Source: Hyalangium minutum (GTDB taxonomy: Bacteria; Myxococcota; Myxococcia; Myxococcales; Myxococcaceae). From it: 124,000 nt of DNA. Below are positions 49,378 through 60,401 of this stretch, piece after piece (position 1 is the stretch's first letter; every line of letters starts with the position of its first letter). A program made the translations under genes and the position numbers. The DNA is taken from the NCBI RefSeq assembly GCF_000737315.1, contig NZ_JMCB01000004.1, positions 144,001-268,000 on the forward strand, read 5' to 3'. The notes beneath the pieces were generated by a model that was not told where the DNA came from, made no database searches, and saw nothing but the letters and a program-made list of their open reading frames with translations.

Positions 49378-50643
49378 TCACTCACACAGGGCCGCACCGT
49401 CGCGCACGAGCAGACGCCCGTATTTCAACACCGCCCGAGCGTGGTTCACTCCAAGGTGGTAGGGCAGATGCCGATAGTTTGTGCACGAAAAGATCACGAG
49501 ATCGGCCACGTCTCCCACCGCCAGCCGCCCGTGAGAGGGCAGGCCCAGGGCCAGAGCGGCACCTCGGGTGGCCGCCCAGTACACCTCGGCCGCCGAGAGC
49601 CCGTTCTCCAGGCAGCCGAGCCCCATGGCCAGCGGAAGATTCTCTGACATCGCCGAGCCGGGATTGATGTTGGTGCCCAAAGCAATGTTGACCCCAGCCT
49701 CGCGCAGCTTTCGGCCCGGGGCGTAAGGGCGCATGCGTACGAAGAGGGTGGAGGTGGGAACGAGCACGGCGGTGACGTCCGCGGCCGCCAGCGCGCGGAT
49801 GCCCGCCTCGCTCACGTTCTCCAAATGGTCCACGGTGGCGGCGCCCAGCTCGGCGGCCAGCTCCGCACCCCCGCCCGAGGTGAGCTGATCCCCGTGCAGC
49901 CGAGGCCGCAGCCCCAGCGCCTTCGCGGCGGTGAGCAGCCGGCGCGCATCGTCCGGGGTGAAGGCGCTCTGCTCCACGAAGATGTCGCAGAAGCGCGCGA
50001 GCCCCTCGCGAGCCACGGCCGGGAGGATCTCCTGGACGCACAGCTCCACGTACGCTTCGCGGCGGCCCTTGAACTCCTCGGGCACCGCGTGGGCGCACAG
50101 CAGCGTGGGCACCAGCTCCACGGGTGACAGGCTCGCCAGCCGGCGCACCACCCGCAGCATCTTCAGCTCGTTCTCGACATCCAGCCCGTAGCCGCTCTTC
50201 ACCTCGGCCGTCGTCACTCCGTACTCGAGCAGGCGCTGGAGTCGGGGCAGGGCGAGGCGCACCAGCTCTTCCTCGCTCGCGGCCCGCGTGGCGCGCACGG
50301 TGCTGACGATGCCACCGCCCGCCTGGGCAATCTCTAGATACGTGGCGCCCTGGTTCCGCAGATCGAACTCACGGGAGCGCTCGCCCGCGAAGACCAGGTG
50401 CGTGTGCGGATCCACGAAGCCTGGGCCCACCATGCGGCCCTCGGCGTCCAGGATCTCCGTGCTCGGCGTGACAGCCCCAGGCGGCAGATCTGGCTCCTGG
50501 CCGACCCACGCTACGCGGCCTCCGCGCACGCCCACGCACGCTCGGGGCCGAGGCGTGAGGGCCTGCTCGGCGGGCTCTCGGTGCGAGCCCTCCACGGTGA
50601 GGACCTCGGAGGTGTTACGGACGAGAAGATCCAGCGGTTCCAT
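49378..50643 (-). CDS. hutI: Imidazolonepropionase
   Basis: DPHTHL, GGGI..TV..TR, EVKSGYG, D.F.E, GTN.NPG. Confidence 0.93.
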   Translation of the reverse strand: MEPLDLLVRNTSEVLTVEGSHREPAEQALTPRPRACVGVRGGRVAWVGQEPDLPPGAVTPSTEILDAEGRMVGPGFVDPHTHLVFAGERSREFDLRNQGATYLEIAQAGGGIVSTVRATRAASEEELVRLALPRLQRLLEYGVTTAEVKSGYGLDVENELKMLRVVRRLASLSPVELVPTLLCAHAVPEEFKGRREAYVELCVQEILPAVAREGLARFCDIFVEQSAFTPDDARRLLTAAKALGLRPRLHGDQLTSGGGAELAAELGAATVDHLENVSEAGIRALAAADVTAVLVPTSTLFVRMRPYAPGRKLREAGVNIALGTNINPGSAMSENLPLAMGLGCLENGLSAAEVYWAATRGAALALGLPSHGRLAVGDVADLVIFSCTNYRHLPYHLGVNHARAVLKYGRLLVRDGAALCE

Positions 50644-50646
50644 GGC

Positions 50647-51381
50647 TCACCGTGCCCAGCGCCCGCCGAGGATGGGGGAGTTCCAGCCCTTCTCCCCGGG
50701 AGCCTTCACCCGGCCCGCGCCTCCGGACAGCTCGAATTGATCCACCCTGCCCAGCGGCAGCTGCACCACCGCCGCCGCGCCGTAGAACAGCGGCGTCGCA
50801 CGCTCGTTCTGCGAGAAGACCCGGTGGATGCCCAGGAAGGGCACGATGCCCAGACAGACGCGCTCCTCGGGGGAGGCGTAGATGGCCAGGGAGGTCTCCG
50901 CGCCGAAGATGCTCCCGGGGCCGCCGCGCGTGTCGATGCCGAAGTCCGTCGCGCCGCGCACTACCACCGAGGGCGCCACGCCGAACGTGGGCGTGCCGTA
51001 CCAGCTCGACAGCCCCAGGTAGACGCCATAGCCGGGCAGCGGGAGCGGATAGTAGATCTCCCCGTTCACGCCCAGGTGCAGCGCGAGCTTCTCCGTGAGC
51101 GGCTTCTGCACCGCGAAGTCGTAGGCTATCGACCATTGCTGCGGGGAGAAGCTGGCGCCGTTGCCGGCGAAGGGCTGCGTGCTGTCGAAGCGCGCGGCGA
51201 GCGGCGCTGACAGGCGAGGACCGCTCCTCAGGCCCGCCTGGAGCAGGCTCTGGTCCGGGTGCCCCGGCCCCAGCCGCATCACCATGGGGCTCACGGTGGT
51301 GGGGGCACAGCCCGCCAGCCAGGCCAGCGCCACGAGCGCCACCACCCCCCAGCCTCCATGTCTCGGGAAGGGTGTCTCCAT
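50647..51381 (-). CDS. Hypothetical lipoprotein / outer-membrane-like protein
   Basis: Lipobox LAGC; beta-rich; located between hutU and hutI. Confidence 0.6.
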   Translation of the reverse strand: METPFPRHGGWGVVALVALAWLAGCAPTTVSPMVMRLGPGHPDQSLLQAGLRSGPRLSAPLAARFDSTQPFAGNGASFSPQQWSIAYDFAVQKPLTEKLALHLGVNGEIYYPLPLPGYGVYLGLSSWYGTPTFGVAPSVVVRGATDFGIDTRGGPGSIFGAETSLAIYASPEERVCLGIVPFLGIHRVFSQNERATPLFYGAAAVVQLPLGRVDQFELSGGAGRVKAPGEKGWNSPILGGRWAR

Positions 51382-51389
51382 GCCGTGCC

Positions 51390-53045
51390 TCACACTGTGA
51401 CGCCGGGGATCTTCACTCCGCGCTTGTGCGCGACGTCCACGGCCTCGGGATAGCCCGCGTCCACGTGCCGCAGCACGCCCATGCCCGGATCCGAGGTGAG
51501 CACGCGCTCGATGCGCCGTGCGGCCTCCGGCGTGCCATCCGCCACGATGACCTGGCCCGAGTGCAGCGAGTAGCCCATGCCCACGCCACCGCCGTGGTGG
51601 AAGGACACCCACGAGGCGCCGTTCACCGCGTTCACCAGCGCGTTGAGGATGGGCCAGTCCGCCACCGCGTCCGAGCCGTCCTTCATCGCCTCCGTCTCGC
51701 GGTTGGGCGAGGCCACCGAGCCGCAGTCCAGGTGATCGCGGCCGATGACGATGGGCGCCTTCACCTCGCCCTTGCGCACCAGCTCGTTGAACACGAGGCC
51801 CGCCTTCGCGCGCTCGCCGTAGCCCAGCCAGCAGATGCGTGCCGGCAGTCCCTGGAACGCCACGCGCTGCTGCGCCATGGTGATCCACCGCCGCAGCGAT
51901 TCCTTCTCCGGGAACAGCTCCAGCACCGCGCGGTCCGTGCGGCGGATGTCCTCTGGATCTCCGGACAGCGCCACCCAGCGGAAGGGCCCCAGGCCCTCGC
52001 AGAACATGGGGCGGATGTACGCGGGCACGAAGCCCGGGAACTCGAATGCGTTCTCCTTGCCGCCCGCCTGCGCCTGCCCGCGCAGGTTGTTGCCGTAGTC
52101 GAACACGTGGCTGCCCGCGTTCTGGAAGTCGATCATGGCCTGCACGTGCATCGCCATGGTCTCCCGCGCCCGGCGCACGTAGCCCTCGGGGTCCCGGCGC
52201 CGCAGCTCCGCTGCCGCCTCCAGCGACAGATCCGCGGGGATGTAGCCGTTGAGCGGATCATGCGCGCTCGTCTGATCCGTCACCAGATCCGGCTTGATGC
52301 CGCGCCGGTACAGCTCGCGGAACACCGTGGCCGCGTTGCCAATCACGGCGATGGAGCGGCCCTCGCGCTTCTGCTGGGACTGCTTCACCAGCGCCAGCGC
52401 CTCGTCCAGATCCTTGGCCACCACATCCAGGTAGCGCGTCTCCACGCGGCGCTGGGCGCGCTGGGGATCGATCTCCACGCCCAGGAACACGGCGTTGCAC
52501 ATGGTGGCCGCCAGCGGCTGCGCCCCGCCCATACCGCCCAGCCCGCCCGACAGCACCAGCCGCCCGCTCAGGTCCGCCGAGCCGAAGTGCGTGCGGCCCG
52601 CCTGCGCGAACGTCTCATACGTGCCCTGCAGAATCCCCTGCGTGCCGATGTAGATCCACGAGCCGGCCGTCATCTGGCCGTACATCATCAGTCCCTTCTT
52701 CTCCAGCTCGTGGAAGTGCTCCCAGGTGGCCCAGCGGCCCACGAGGTTGGAGTTGGCCAGCAGCACACGCGGAGCGTCCGGGTGGGTCCGCAGGATGCCC
52801 ACCGGCTTGCCCGACTGGACGAGGAGCGTTTCCTCGTCTGAAAGCTCTTTCAAGCTGGCGATGATCCGATCATAGGAAGGCCAGTCGCGCGCGGCCTTGC
52901 CGGTGCCGCCGTAGACGACGAGATCCTCAGGGCGCTCGGCCACATCCGGATCCAGGTTGTTCATCAGCATCCGGAGCGCGGCCTCCTGGACCCAGCCCTT
53001 GCAAGAGCGGGCAGTGCCTCTGGGGGCGCGGATGACGCGGGACAT
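51390..53045 (-). CDS. hutU: Urocanate hydratase
   Basis: [46 protein letters not shown]. Confidence 0.97.
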   Translation of the reverse strand: MSRVIRAPRGTARSCKGWVQEAALRMLMNNLDPDVAERPEDLVVYGGTGKAARDWPSYDRIIASLKELSDEETLLVQSGKPVGILRTHPDAPRVLLANSNLVGRWATWEHFHELEKKGLMMYGQMTAGSWIYIGTQGILQGTYETFAQAGRTHFGSADLSGRLVLSGGLGGMGGAQPLAATMCNAVFLGVEIDPQRAQRRVETRYLDVVAKDLDEALALVKQSQQKREGRSIAVIGNAATVFRELYRRGIKPDLVTDQTSAHDPLNGYIPADLSLEAAAELRRRDPEGYVRRARETMAMHVQAMIDFQNAGSHVFDYGNNLRGQAQAGGKENAFEFPGFVPAYIRPMFCEGLGPFRWVALSGDPEDIRRTDRAVLELFPEKESLRRWITMAQQRVAFQGLPARICWLGYGERAKAGLVFNELVRKGEVKAPIVIGRDHLDCGSVASPNRETEAMKDGSDAVADWPILNALVNAVNGASWVSFHHGGGVGMGYSLHSGQVIVADGTPEAARRIERVLTSDPGMGVLRHVDAGYPEAVDVAHKRGVKIPGVTV

Positions 53046-53174
53046 AAGTACTCCGTGGGTCAGGGATGACTGCTAGAAGGGCGGGCAGCCTAGCCGAACT
53101 CCTGGGGCACGCGAGTGCCGTGTGCCGGACAAAATCTTCTCTCGGCTGGTACAATCGCCGCTGGACGAGGGGCT

Positions 53175-53549
53175 ATGTCCGTTCCGAAAAAAATCCTGCT
53201 GGTCGATGACTCACCCACGGTCCTGTTGATGGAGCGGCTGCTCCTGCAAGACGGGCCATACGAGCTGCTCAGCGCCAGCAGTGGCGCCGAGGCGGTAGAG
53301 CGGGCCTTGGCCGATCGTCCCGAGCTCATCCTCATGGACGTGGTGATGCCGGGGATGGACGGCTTCGAGGTGTGCCGCCGGCTCCGTGCCGAGGAGTCCA
53401 CGCGTGCCACGCCCATCATCCTGGTGACGACGCGCGGCGGCCCCGAGCACGTGGAGAAAGGCTACGAGAGCGGCTGCAGCGACTACGTGACCAAGCCGTT
53501 CGATGGCAACGAGCTGAGGGCCAAGATCGAGAGCTTCCTGGGTCACTGA
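53175..53549 (+). CDS. Single-domain response regulator (CheY-like)
   Basis: LLVDDS, LMDVVMP.MDG, KP. Confidence 0.9.
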   Translation: MSVPKKILLVDDSPTVLLMERLLLQDGPYELLSASSGAEAVERALADRPELILMDVVMPGMDGFEVCRRLRAEESTRATPIILVTTRGGPEHVEKGYESGCSDYVTKPFDGNELRAKIESFLGH

Positions 53550-54550
53550 TGGCGGCCGACTCCAAACCCGCTCCCGTCCTCCGCCCGAGGGTGGCGGCAG
53601 CCCTCCAGCGTTTGAAGGACATCCGCCCAGGAGAGGCGGCGGGGGCGGTGGGGGAGATCGTGTCCCAGCTCATGGGCTGCGAGGAGCACGTCCTGCTCGC
53701 GCTCGAGCCGGGAGGAGAGCGCTTCGTCGTGTCCTCGGCCATGGGGCTCCCGCCGGAGCGGCTCCAGGCCCTCCTGGTGCCCACGGGCATTGTCGGGCAG
53801 GTGGCCCGGCATGGTGTGCCCTACGTCATCGGCCGGACCAGCTCCGTGGGCGCGGCCCCTCACGAGGCAGGGCTTACCGCCTGCATCCCGATCCTGTCCG
53901 GCCGGCAGGTGAGGGGCGTGCTCGCGCTGTTCCGGATGCTCCCCCAGAAGCGCGGGCTGTCCGACGAGGACCTCGAGCTGTTGGATTTACTCCGCGTGCA
54001 AGGGGCTGCGGCCGTGTCCGAGCCGCGTCAGGGGTTCATTGCCCCGTACGAGCCGCAGCTGTCGTATCCCCTGGGGGAGCCTGCTTCGCTGCGGACGGTC
54101 TACCTGGAGCCGGGGGGCCTGATGGCGGCGTCGCGTCCCACCGAGGTGACGACCATTCTGGGCTCTTGTGTCTCCGTGTGCCTGTGGGACGAGCGTCTGC
54201 GCGTGGGGGGGATGAACCACTTCCTGCTCCCCACCGCGCCCTACGGGCAGGCTCAGAGCAGCCGTCATGGCGATGCCGCCATCCCCATGTTGCTGAGAGA
54301 GCTGGAGCGGCTGGGAAGCCAGCGGTCGAACCTGAGGGCGAAGGTGTTTGGGGGCGCTCATATGGCGGGTCTCTCGGCACCCGGCGCAGCGCTGACCCTG
54401 GGCGAGCGCAATGCCGAACTGGCCCGTCGTCTGTTGGGGGAGGTGGGGATCGCCATCGTTGCCGAAGATCTCGGTGGGCGAGCGGGCAGGAAGTTGCGCT
54501 TTCGCACCGACGATGGAATGGCTCTGGTGAAGACGTTGAGGGCGGGCTGA
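53549..54550 (+). CDS. cheD: GAF domain-CheD fusion
   Basis: N-terminal GAF-like (GIVGQVARHG, ACIPI) plus CheD (TILGSCVSVCLWD, GGMNHFLLP, AKVFGGA, GERN, EDLGG..GRK). Confidence 0.8.
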   Translation: MAADSKPAPVLRPRVAAALQRLKDIRPGEAAGAVGEIVSQLMGCEEHVLLALEPGGERFVVSSAMGLPPERLQALLVPTGIVGQVARHGVPYVIGRTSSVGAAPHEAGLTACIPILSGRQVRGVLALFRMLPQKRGLSDEDLELLDLLRVQGAAAVSEPRQGFIAPYEPQLSYPLGEPASLRTVYLEPGGLMAASRPTEVTTILGSCVSVCLWDERLRVGGMNHFLLPTAPYGQAQSSRHGDAAIPMLLRELERLGSQRSNLRAKVFGGAHMAGLSAPGAALTLGERNAELARRLLGEVGIAIVAEDLGGRAGRKLRFRTDDGMALVKTLRAG

Positions 54551-54568
54551 CTGGCCGAGAGAAGAGTC

Positions 54569-54943
54569 ATGGAAGGACATAAGAAGATCCTGCTGGTCGA
54601 TGACTCACCCACGGTCCTGCTGATGGAGCGAATCCTCCTACAGGACGGACCGTATGAGATCATCACTGCTGCCAGTGGAGAAGAGGCGCTGACGCTCGCG
54701 CTCTCCGAGCAGCCGCACGCCATCGTGATGGACGTGGTGATGCCGGGAATGAACGGCTACGAGGTGTGCCGCCGGCTGCGCGATCAGGAGTCCACGCGCA
54801 CCACGCCCATCATCCTGGTGACGACGCGCTCCAGCCTGGAGTCGCTCGAGCGCGGCTACGCGAGCGGCTGCAATGACTACATCGTCAAGCCCTTCGAGGC
54901 CATGGAACTGCGGATGAAGATCGCCAGCTTCGTGGGGTCCTGA
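54569..54943 (+). CDS. Single-domain response regulator (CheY-like), paralog of 53175
   Basis: LLVDDSPT, MDVVMPGMNG, KPF. Confidence 0.9.
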   Translation: MEGHKKILLVDDSPTVLLMERILLQDGPYEIITAASGEEALTLALSEQPHAIVMDVVMPGMNGYEVCRRLRDQESTRTTPIILVTTRSSLESLERGYASGCNDYIVKPFEAMELRMKIASFVGS

Positions 54944-56577
54944 TGAAGACGGATCTGGATGCGGTTCGCACGGCGTTTCGCGCCGAGGCCACGGAACTGC
55001 TCGCCGGGCTGGAGAAGGACTTCCTGGCGCTGGAGTCCGCCTCGGATCCCGCGGCGATCGAGAGCGTGCTGCGCTCCGTGCACACGCTCAAGGGCAACTC
55101 CCTGCTGATGGGCTTCCCGGCCGCGTCCGAGGTGGCCCACCGCGTGGAGGATCTGCTCGCGCGGCTGTCTCACCGCACGCGCCCGGTGACGGCGGAGCTG
55201 GTGACGCTGCTGCTGCAGGCGGTGGACACACTCCGGGTGATGCTCGCGGCGCACGGCTCGGAAGGCCGCGAGGCCCCGGATGTGCCCGAGATCCAGCGCC
55301 GGTTGCAGGAGGCGGCGGGCGCGGAGCTGCCCACGGACAGCGCCCCCGCGCCCGAGGGAGCGACCCCTGAGAAGGCCGCCGAGGCCCCGGTGCCCGTCAC
55401 CGCCGAGCGGACGCTGCGAGTGGGGCTGGACCGGCTGGACCGGATGCTGGACCTCACGGGGGAGATCGCCATCTCGCGCGGGCGGCTCACGGCCATGCTG
55501 GAGCAGGCGCACCGCTACTCGCCCCAGGAACTGCTCGAGGCGCACCGCGACGCGGACCGCCTGTACTTGGATCTTCAGGAACTGGTGCTGAAGGCGCGGA
55601 TGGTGCCCATTGGGCGCGCCTTCCAGCCCTTCGCGCGGACGCTGCGCGACTTGTGCGAGGCGTCAGGCAAGCTGGTCCGGCTGGAGGTGAGCGGCGAGGA
55701 CGTGGAGGTGGACACCGCCGTGGTGGACCTCATCCGGGATCCGCTCCTGCACCTGGTGCGCAACGCGGTGGATCACGGCATCGAGACTCCCGCGGTCCGC
55801 AAGCGGCTCGGCAAGGAGTACTACGGCACGTTGAAGCTGAGGGCCTCCCATGAGGCCGGGAGCATCGTCATCGAAGTGGAGGACGATGGCGCCGGGCTCA
55901 ACCGCGAGCGCATCCGCGCGCGGGCTCAGGCCCTGGGGCTGCTCCAGCCGGGCGAGGAGCGCCCGGACGCGGAGCTGTTCCTTCTCATCTTCACGCCGGG
56001 CTTCTCCACGGCCGAGCGCGTCACCGAGCTGTCGGGCCGGGGCATCGGCATGGACGTGGTGAAGCGCAACATCGAGAACCTGCGCGGCTCCATCGCCATC
56101 GACACCCGAGAGGGGCGGGGCACCACCATCCACATGCGCCTGCCGCTGACGCTCTCCATCATCGAGGGCTTCTCGGTGAAGGTGGGGGAGGAGACGTACA
56201 TCCTGCCCCTGCAGAGCGTGCTCGAGTGCGTGGAGTTGCCCGAGACCGAGAAGCGCCCAGGGCACACCGGTGTGCTCAACCTGCGGGGCCAGCCGCTGCC
56301 CTACCTGCGGCTGCGCGAGCATTTCTCCGTGGAGGGGCCGCCCCCCGCCCGAGAGAGCGTGGTCGTCATCTCCCAAGGCCGGGGACAGGCGGGCCTCGCC
56401 GTGGACGCGCTGCTTGGGCAGGGTCAGACGGTCGTCAAGCCGCTCGGCAAGGTGTTCCAGGACGTCTCTGGTGTTTCAGGCTCCGCCATCCTCGGCACCG
56501 GCCGGGTCGCCCTGATCCTCGACGTTCCTTCACTCCTTCAAAAAGCGCTCCGCAACCTTCCAGCCGCAGCGTCGTAA
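54943..56577 (+). CDS. cheA: Chemotaxis kinase CheA (P1-P3-P4-P5, no P2)
   Basis: HTLKGN, HLVRNAVDHGIE, DDGAG, F.PGFSTA...SGRG.GMDVV. Confidence 0.95.
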   Translation: MKTDLDAVRTAFRAEATELLAGLEKDFLALESASDPAAIESVLRSVHTLKGNSLLMGFPAASEVAHRVEDLLARLSHRTRPVTAELVTLLLQAVDTLRVMLAAHGSEGREAPDVPEIQRRLQEAAGAELPTDSAPAPEGATPEKAAEAPVPVTAERTLRVGLDRLDRMLDLTGEIAISRGRLTAMLEQAHRYSPQELLEAHRDADRLYLDLQELVLKARMVPIGRAFQPFARTLRDLCEASGKLVRLEVSGEDVEVDTAVVDLIRDPLLHLVRNAVDHGIETPAVRKRLGKEYYGTLKLRASHEAGSIVIEVEDDGAGLNRERIRARAQALGLLQPGEERPDAELFLLIFTPGFSTAERVTELSGRGIGMDVVKRNIENLRGSIAIDTREGRGTTIHMRLPLTLSIIEGFSVKVGEETYILPLQSVLECVELPETEKRPGHTGVLNLRGQPLPYLRLREHFSVEGPPPARESVVVISQGRGQAGLAVDALLGQGQTVVKPLGKVFQDVSGVSGSAILGTGRVALILDVPSLLQKALRNLPAAAS

Positions 56578-56604
56578 GCCGTAAACCGTAGTCCGCTTTG
56601 GGGA

Positions 56605-58326
56605 ATGCCCATGTCCTGGTTTCAGAATCTGAAGATCTTCCCCAAGCTGCTCATTGCCCTGTCGTTGGTGCTGGGCATCGCCACGGGCATTGGCGTCTTC
56701 GCCGTCCGGCAGTTGGCGGACCTGCATCGCGCCATGCGGAACATCGTCGATGACGAGATGGAGTCGGTCTTCCAGGTCTCCTCCATCGTGAGTGATTTTC
56801 GCGCCTACCGGGTCGCCGAGCTGCAGCATGTGCTCGCCTCGGATCCGGAGCCGATGGCGCGCTACGAACGCATCATGGACGAGCTGTCCAAGCAGATGAC
56901 CAACGCCGCTATGGCCTACGAGCCGCTCATCGTCGACAACGAGGAGCGCCGCATCTATGCGGAGCTCGGGGCTCTCTGGAGGGAGTACCAAGCCGAGCAT
57001 GAGAAGCTCTTGGCAGTGTCGCGGCGGAACGAGGACGAGCAGGCCCGGGTGATCATCAATGGCCAGTCCGCGAAGATCTTCGAAGAGATGGCCTCCAAGC
57101 AGTTGGGCCTGGTGGGCATCAACCTCCGGACCAGCCGTGACGCCGCGACGGTTGCGGATCACACCTATGAGGACGCCCGGCAGTTGATCACCGTCCTGTT
57201 GGTGGCGGGGTTTCTGATGGGCTTCTTCTTGTGCACGCTCATTTCCCTGAGCATCTCCCGGCCGCTGTCGCATGCCGCGCAGGTGGCCGGCCGCATCGCC
57301 GAGGGAGATCTGTCGGTGCGCCTCGACGAGGATCGCCAGGACGAGACGGGCATGCTGCTGGCCGCCATGCGCTCCATGGTCCAGCGGCTCGCGCAAGTCA
57401 TCGGCGAGGTGAGGGCCGGGGCGGTGGCGTTGACGTCGGCGGCCGCGCAGGTGTCCTCCTCCTCGCAGAGCCTCTCCCAAGGCACCGCCGAGCAGGCCAG
57501 CAGCGTGGAAGAGACCACGGCCAGCCTGGAGGAGATGAACGCCACCATCGAGCAGAACAGCCAGCACAGCCGGCTCATGGAGCAGATCGCCGTCAAGGGC
57601 GCCCAGGAGGCCAGCGAGAGCGGCGAGGCCGTCAAGCAGACGGTGGATGCGATGGGCGCCATCGCCAAGAAGATCAACATCATCGAGGAGATCGCCTACC
57701 AGACGAACCTGCTGGCGCTGAACGCGGCCATCGAGGCGGCCCGGGCCGGGGAGCACGGCAAGGGCTTTGCGGTGGTGGCCACGGAGGTGCGCAAGCTGGC
57801 CGAGCGCAGCCGCGCGGCGGCCCAGGAGATCAGCGAGCTGGCGGGTAAGAGCGTGAAGGTGTCAGAGCGCTCCGGCGAGCTGCTGCAGGCACTGGTGCCG
57901 TCCATCCAGAAGACGGCGCAGCTGGTGCAGGAGGTGGTGGCCGCCAGCGGCGAGCAGGCAGTGGGCGTGCGGCAGGTGAACCGGGCGATGATGCAGGTGG
58001 ATCAGGTGACGCAGCGCAACGCCTCCGCTGCCGAGGAGCTGTCCGCCACGGCGGAGGAGATGTCCGCGCAGGCCGACACGCTGCAGCAGCTCGTGTCGTT
58101 CTTCCGCGTGGGAGAGTCCGAGAGCCGGACGCCATGGCCGACCTTGCATAAGCCCGGCGGCGGCAAGCCCGCGCAGGCTGGCAAGGCCCCTCCCGCGTGG
58201 AGCGATTCCGACGCGGTGCATGGCCTGAAGGCGATCAGCCACGGGTCGCTCTCCCATCCGCCCTCGAAGGAAGAGAAGAGGCTATCGGCCCTGTCCTCTG
58301 AGGATCGTGAGTTCAAGCGCTTCTAG
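56605..58326 (+). CDS. Methyl-accepting chemotaxis protein (4HB-HAMP-MA) with C-terminal pentapeptide
   Basis: Two TMs, [27 protein letters not shown], ends EFKRF. Confidence 0.95.
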   Translation: MPMSWFQNLKIFPKLLIALSLVLGIATGIGVFAVRQLADLHRAMRNIVDDEMESVFQVSSIVSDFRAYRVAELQHVLASDPEPMARYERIMDELSKQMTNAAMAYEPLIVDNEERRIYAELGALWREYQAEHEKLLAVSRRNEDEQARVIINGQSAKIFEEMASKQLGLVGINLRTSRDAATVADHTYEDARQLITVLLVAGFLMGFFLCTLISLSISRPLSHAAQVAGRIAEGDLSVRLDEDRQDETGMLLAAMRSMVQRLAQVIGEVRAGAVALTSAAAQVSSSSQSLSQGTAEQASSVEETTASLEEMNATIEQNSQHSRLMEQIAVKGAQEASESGEAVKQTVDAMGAIAKKINIIEEIAYQTNLLALNAAIEAARAGEHGKGFAVVATEVRKLAERSRAAAQEISELAGKSVKVSERSGELLQALVPSIQKTAQLVQEVVAASGEQAVGVRQVNRAMMQVDQVTQRNASAAEELSATAEEMSAQADTLQQLVSFFRVGESESRTPWPTLHKPGGGKPAQAGKAPPAWSDSDAVHGLKAISHGSLSHPPSKEEKRLSALSSEDREFKRF

Positions 58327-58335
58327 GAGCCCGCC

Positions 58336-58836
58336 ATGAGCCAGCCTGCGGCCTCGTCTGTCGTGCAGTACCTGAGCTTCTTCATTGCTGGAGAGGAGTA
58401 TGCCGTCGGGATCCTCCAGGTTCGGGAGATCATCGAGCATGACTCGGTGACGCGCGTGCCCGGTGCGCCCGCCTGGATCCGCGGGGTGACGAACCTGCGG
58501 GGCAGCGTGCTCCCCGTCATCGATCTGGCGATGAAGTTCGGCCTGCCGCCCAGCACCATCAACCGCCGCAGCTGCATCGTCGTGGTGGAGGTGGCGTTCC
58601 AGGGCGAGAAGCTGGTGATGGGGATGCTGGCGGATGCCGTCGGGCAGGTGCTGGATCTCGGCTCCGGGGACGTGGAGCCGCCGCCCGCCTTCGGTACGCC
58701 CGTGCACGCCGACTACCTCGCCGGGATGGGAAAGGCGGGGAGGAAGTTCATCCTCCTGCTGGACATCGATCGGCTGCTGAACCACCAGGAGCTCCGGGCC
58801 GCCAGCGCGGTGACGCCCGAGCGCGCGGCCTCATGA
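58336..58836 (+). CDS. cheW: CheW
   Basis: YLSFF, VREI, TRVP, GVTNLRG.V.PVIDL. Confidence 0.93.
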   Translation: MSQPAASSVVQYLSFFIAGEEYAVGILQVREIIEHDSVTRVPGAPAWIRGVTNLRGSVLPVIDLAMKFGLPPSTINRRSCIVVVEVAFQGEKLVMGMLADAVGQVLDLGSGDVEPPPAFGTPVHADYLAGMGKAGRKFILLLDIDRLLNHQELRAASAVTPERAAS

Positions 58837-59723
58837 GCCAGGAGCCCAGTCCTTCGCCGCTGGCCTCTGAGCCGCTGGCCTTCGTAGGCCTGCCGGAGCT
58901 GTCCGACCGCGTCTTCTACAGCTACCGGAGGCTCATCTACCAGGAGGCTGGCATCTACCTGGGGCCGCACAAGAAGGCGCTGCTGATGGGGCGGCTGTCC
59001 CGCCGGCTGCGTGAGCTGGGGATCTCCTTCGGCGCCTACCTGCACCAGGTGGAGGAGGACGCGATCGAGCGTGCGCGGATGCTGGAGGCCATCTGCACGC
59101 ACGAGACGCGCTTCTTCCGCGAGCCCCGGCACTTCGACTTCCTCGAGCGCGAGGTGCTGCCTCGGTGGGTCTCTCAGGGAGGCACGGATTCGGGCGGCAA
59201 GCAGGTGCGGATCTGGAGCGCGGGGTGCTCCTCGGGTGAGGAGGCCTTCTCGCTGGCCATGGTGCTGCGCTACCACCTGCCTGCGGAGGAGGGGTGGACG
59301 ATCGAGATCCTCGCGACGGATCTGTCCACGCGCATCCTGGAGCGCGCGCGCCAGACGCTGTGGCCCTTGGATCGCGCAACGGAGATCCCCACCCGCTACC
59401 TCAAGGCCTTCATGCTCCGTGGCACCGGCAGCCAGGAGGGGGTGATGAAGGCAGGCCCCGAGCTGCGCCCGCTGGTCCAGTTCCAGCGCGTCAACCTCAA
59501 CGAGGAGAGCCTCCCGGTGCTCGGCCGTTTCGATCTCCTTTTCTGCCGCAACGTCTTCATCTACTTCGACGCGGCCTCCAAGGCCCGGGCGGTGGATCGG
59601 CTTGTCGGACGCCTCGCCTCCAAGGGCTACTTCTTCGTCGGCCACGCAGAGAGCCTGGGCGCCGTGACGCACCGCCTCCAGCTTGTCCAGCCCACCATCT
59701 ACACCCTGGTTGCGGCGGACTAG
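58833..59723 (+). CDS. cheR: Chemotaxis methyltransferase CheR
   Basis: THETRFFRE, WSAGCSSGEE, FCRNV.IYFD, GHAESL. Confidence 0.93.
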   Translation: MSQEPSPSPLASEPLAFVGLPELSDRVFYSYRRLIYQEAGIYLGPHKKALLMGRLSRRLRELGISFGAYLHQVEEDAIERARMLEAICTHETRFFREPRHFDFLEREVLPRWVSQGGTDSGGKQVRIWSAGCSSGEEAFSLAMVLRYHLPAEEGWTIEILATDLSTRILERARQTLWPLDRATEIPTRYLKAFMLRGTGSQEGVMKAGPELRPLVQFQRVNLNEESLPVLGRFDLLFCRNVFIYFDAASKARAVDRLVGRLASKGYFFVGHAESLGAVTHRLQLVQPTIYTLVAAD

Positions 59724-59849
59724 GCGGGTTTCACGGCTCTGGCTTGGGCAGCGGGGAAAACGGGAATGACTTGATGGGCCTGTAAAATTCGGCTATGGTC
59801 GAATCATCCAATTCAGGGAACCCCCTTCCCGTGAAGACAGGAGGCATGG

Positions 59850-60395
59850 ATGAAGCGCCTGCTGCTGTTGCCCTTCTCGCTGGTTGCCACCCTCGGCTTC
59901 GGTTGTAGTAATTCCTCTTCAGGAGACGCACCTCAGCCCACACAGCAGGTGCAAGTAAAGAAGCGGACGCAGGCGCTGAGCACCGACCGGGTGACGTTGG
60001 AGGAGGTGGCGGTGAGCGAGGCGGTGCTGACTGCGGCGGGGAGCGAGGCCTCCGTGCGCGCGTTCCGGATCGTGTCGTCCGCGGAGGACATCACGATGGG
60101 AGAGCTCGCCTCGGCGGCGCACGTGGTGGGCGCCTCGGAGGTGGCGAACCTGCCGTGGCAGGTCGAGGCCGAGCGGGGCCAGGACGACACGCGCCGGGCG
60201 CTGAAGTACCTGGACGCGCTGGTGCCGGCCATCGAGGCGGAGGTGGGCACGGGCGAGGATTACAACTCGGGCTACCAGCATTGGTTCCAGACGGTAGGAG
60301 AGGATCTCTGCAACCACGGCGACTTCTACAGCCTGGTGTTCAAGCAGACAGGCCTGGTGTTCGTGATCGAGGCCTCGGGCGCCACTGAGTGCTGA
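59850..60395 (+). CDS. Hypothetical lipoprotein
   Basis: Lipobox GFGC; good RBS; family not recognised. Confidence 0.6.
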   Translation: MKRLLLLPFSLVATLGFGCSNSSSGDAPQPTQQVQVKKRTQALSTDRVTLEEVAVSEAVLTAAGSEASVRAFRIVSSAEDITMGELASAAHVVGASEVANLPWQVEAERGQDDTRRALKYLDALVPAIEAEVGTGEDYNSGYQHWFQTVGEDLCNHGDFYSLVFKQTGLVFVIEASGATEC

Positions 60396-60401
60396 TGAGA
60401 C

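Noticed and set aside
53104-53162. Candidate sigma54 promoters for the che cluster
   Set aside because: One lacks the TGGC core; the other would start transcription about 2 nt before the ATG, excluding the RBS
59850-60395. Nuclease-inhibitor (NuiA-like) assignment
   Set aside because: Resemblance too weak and no partner nuclease adjacent
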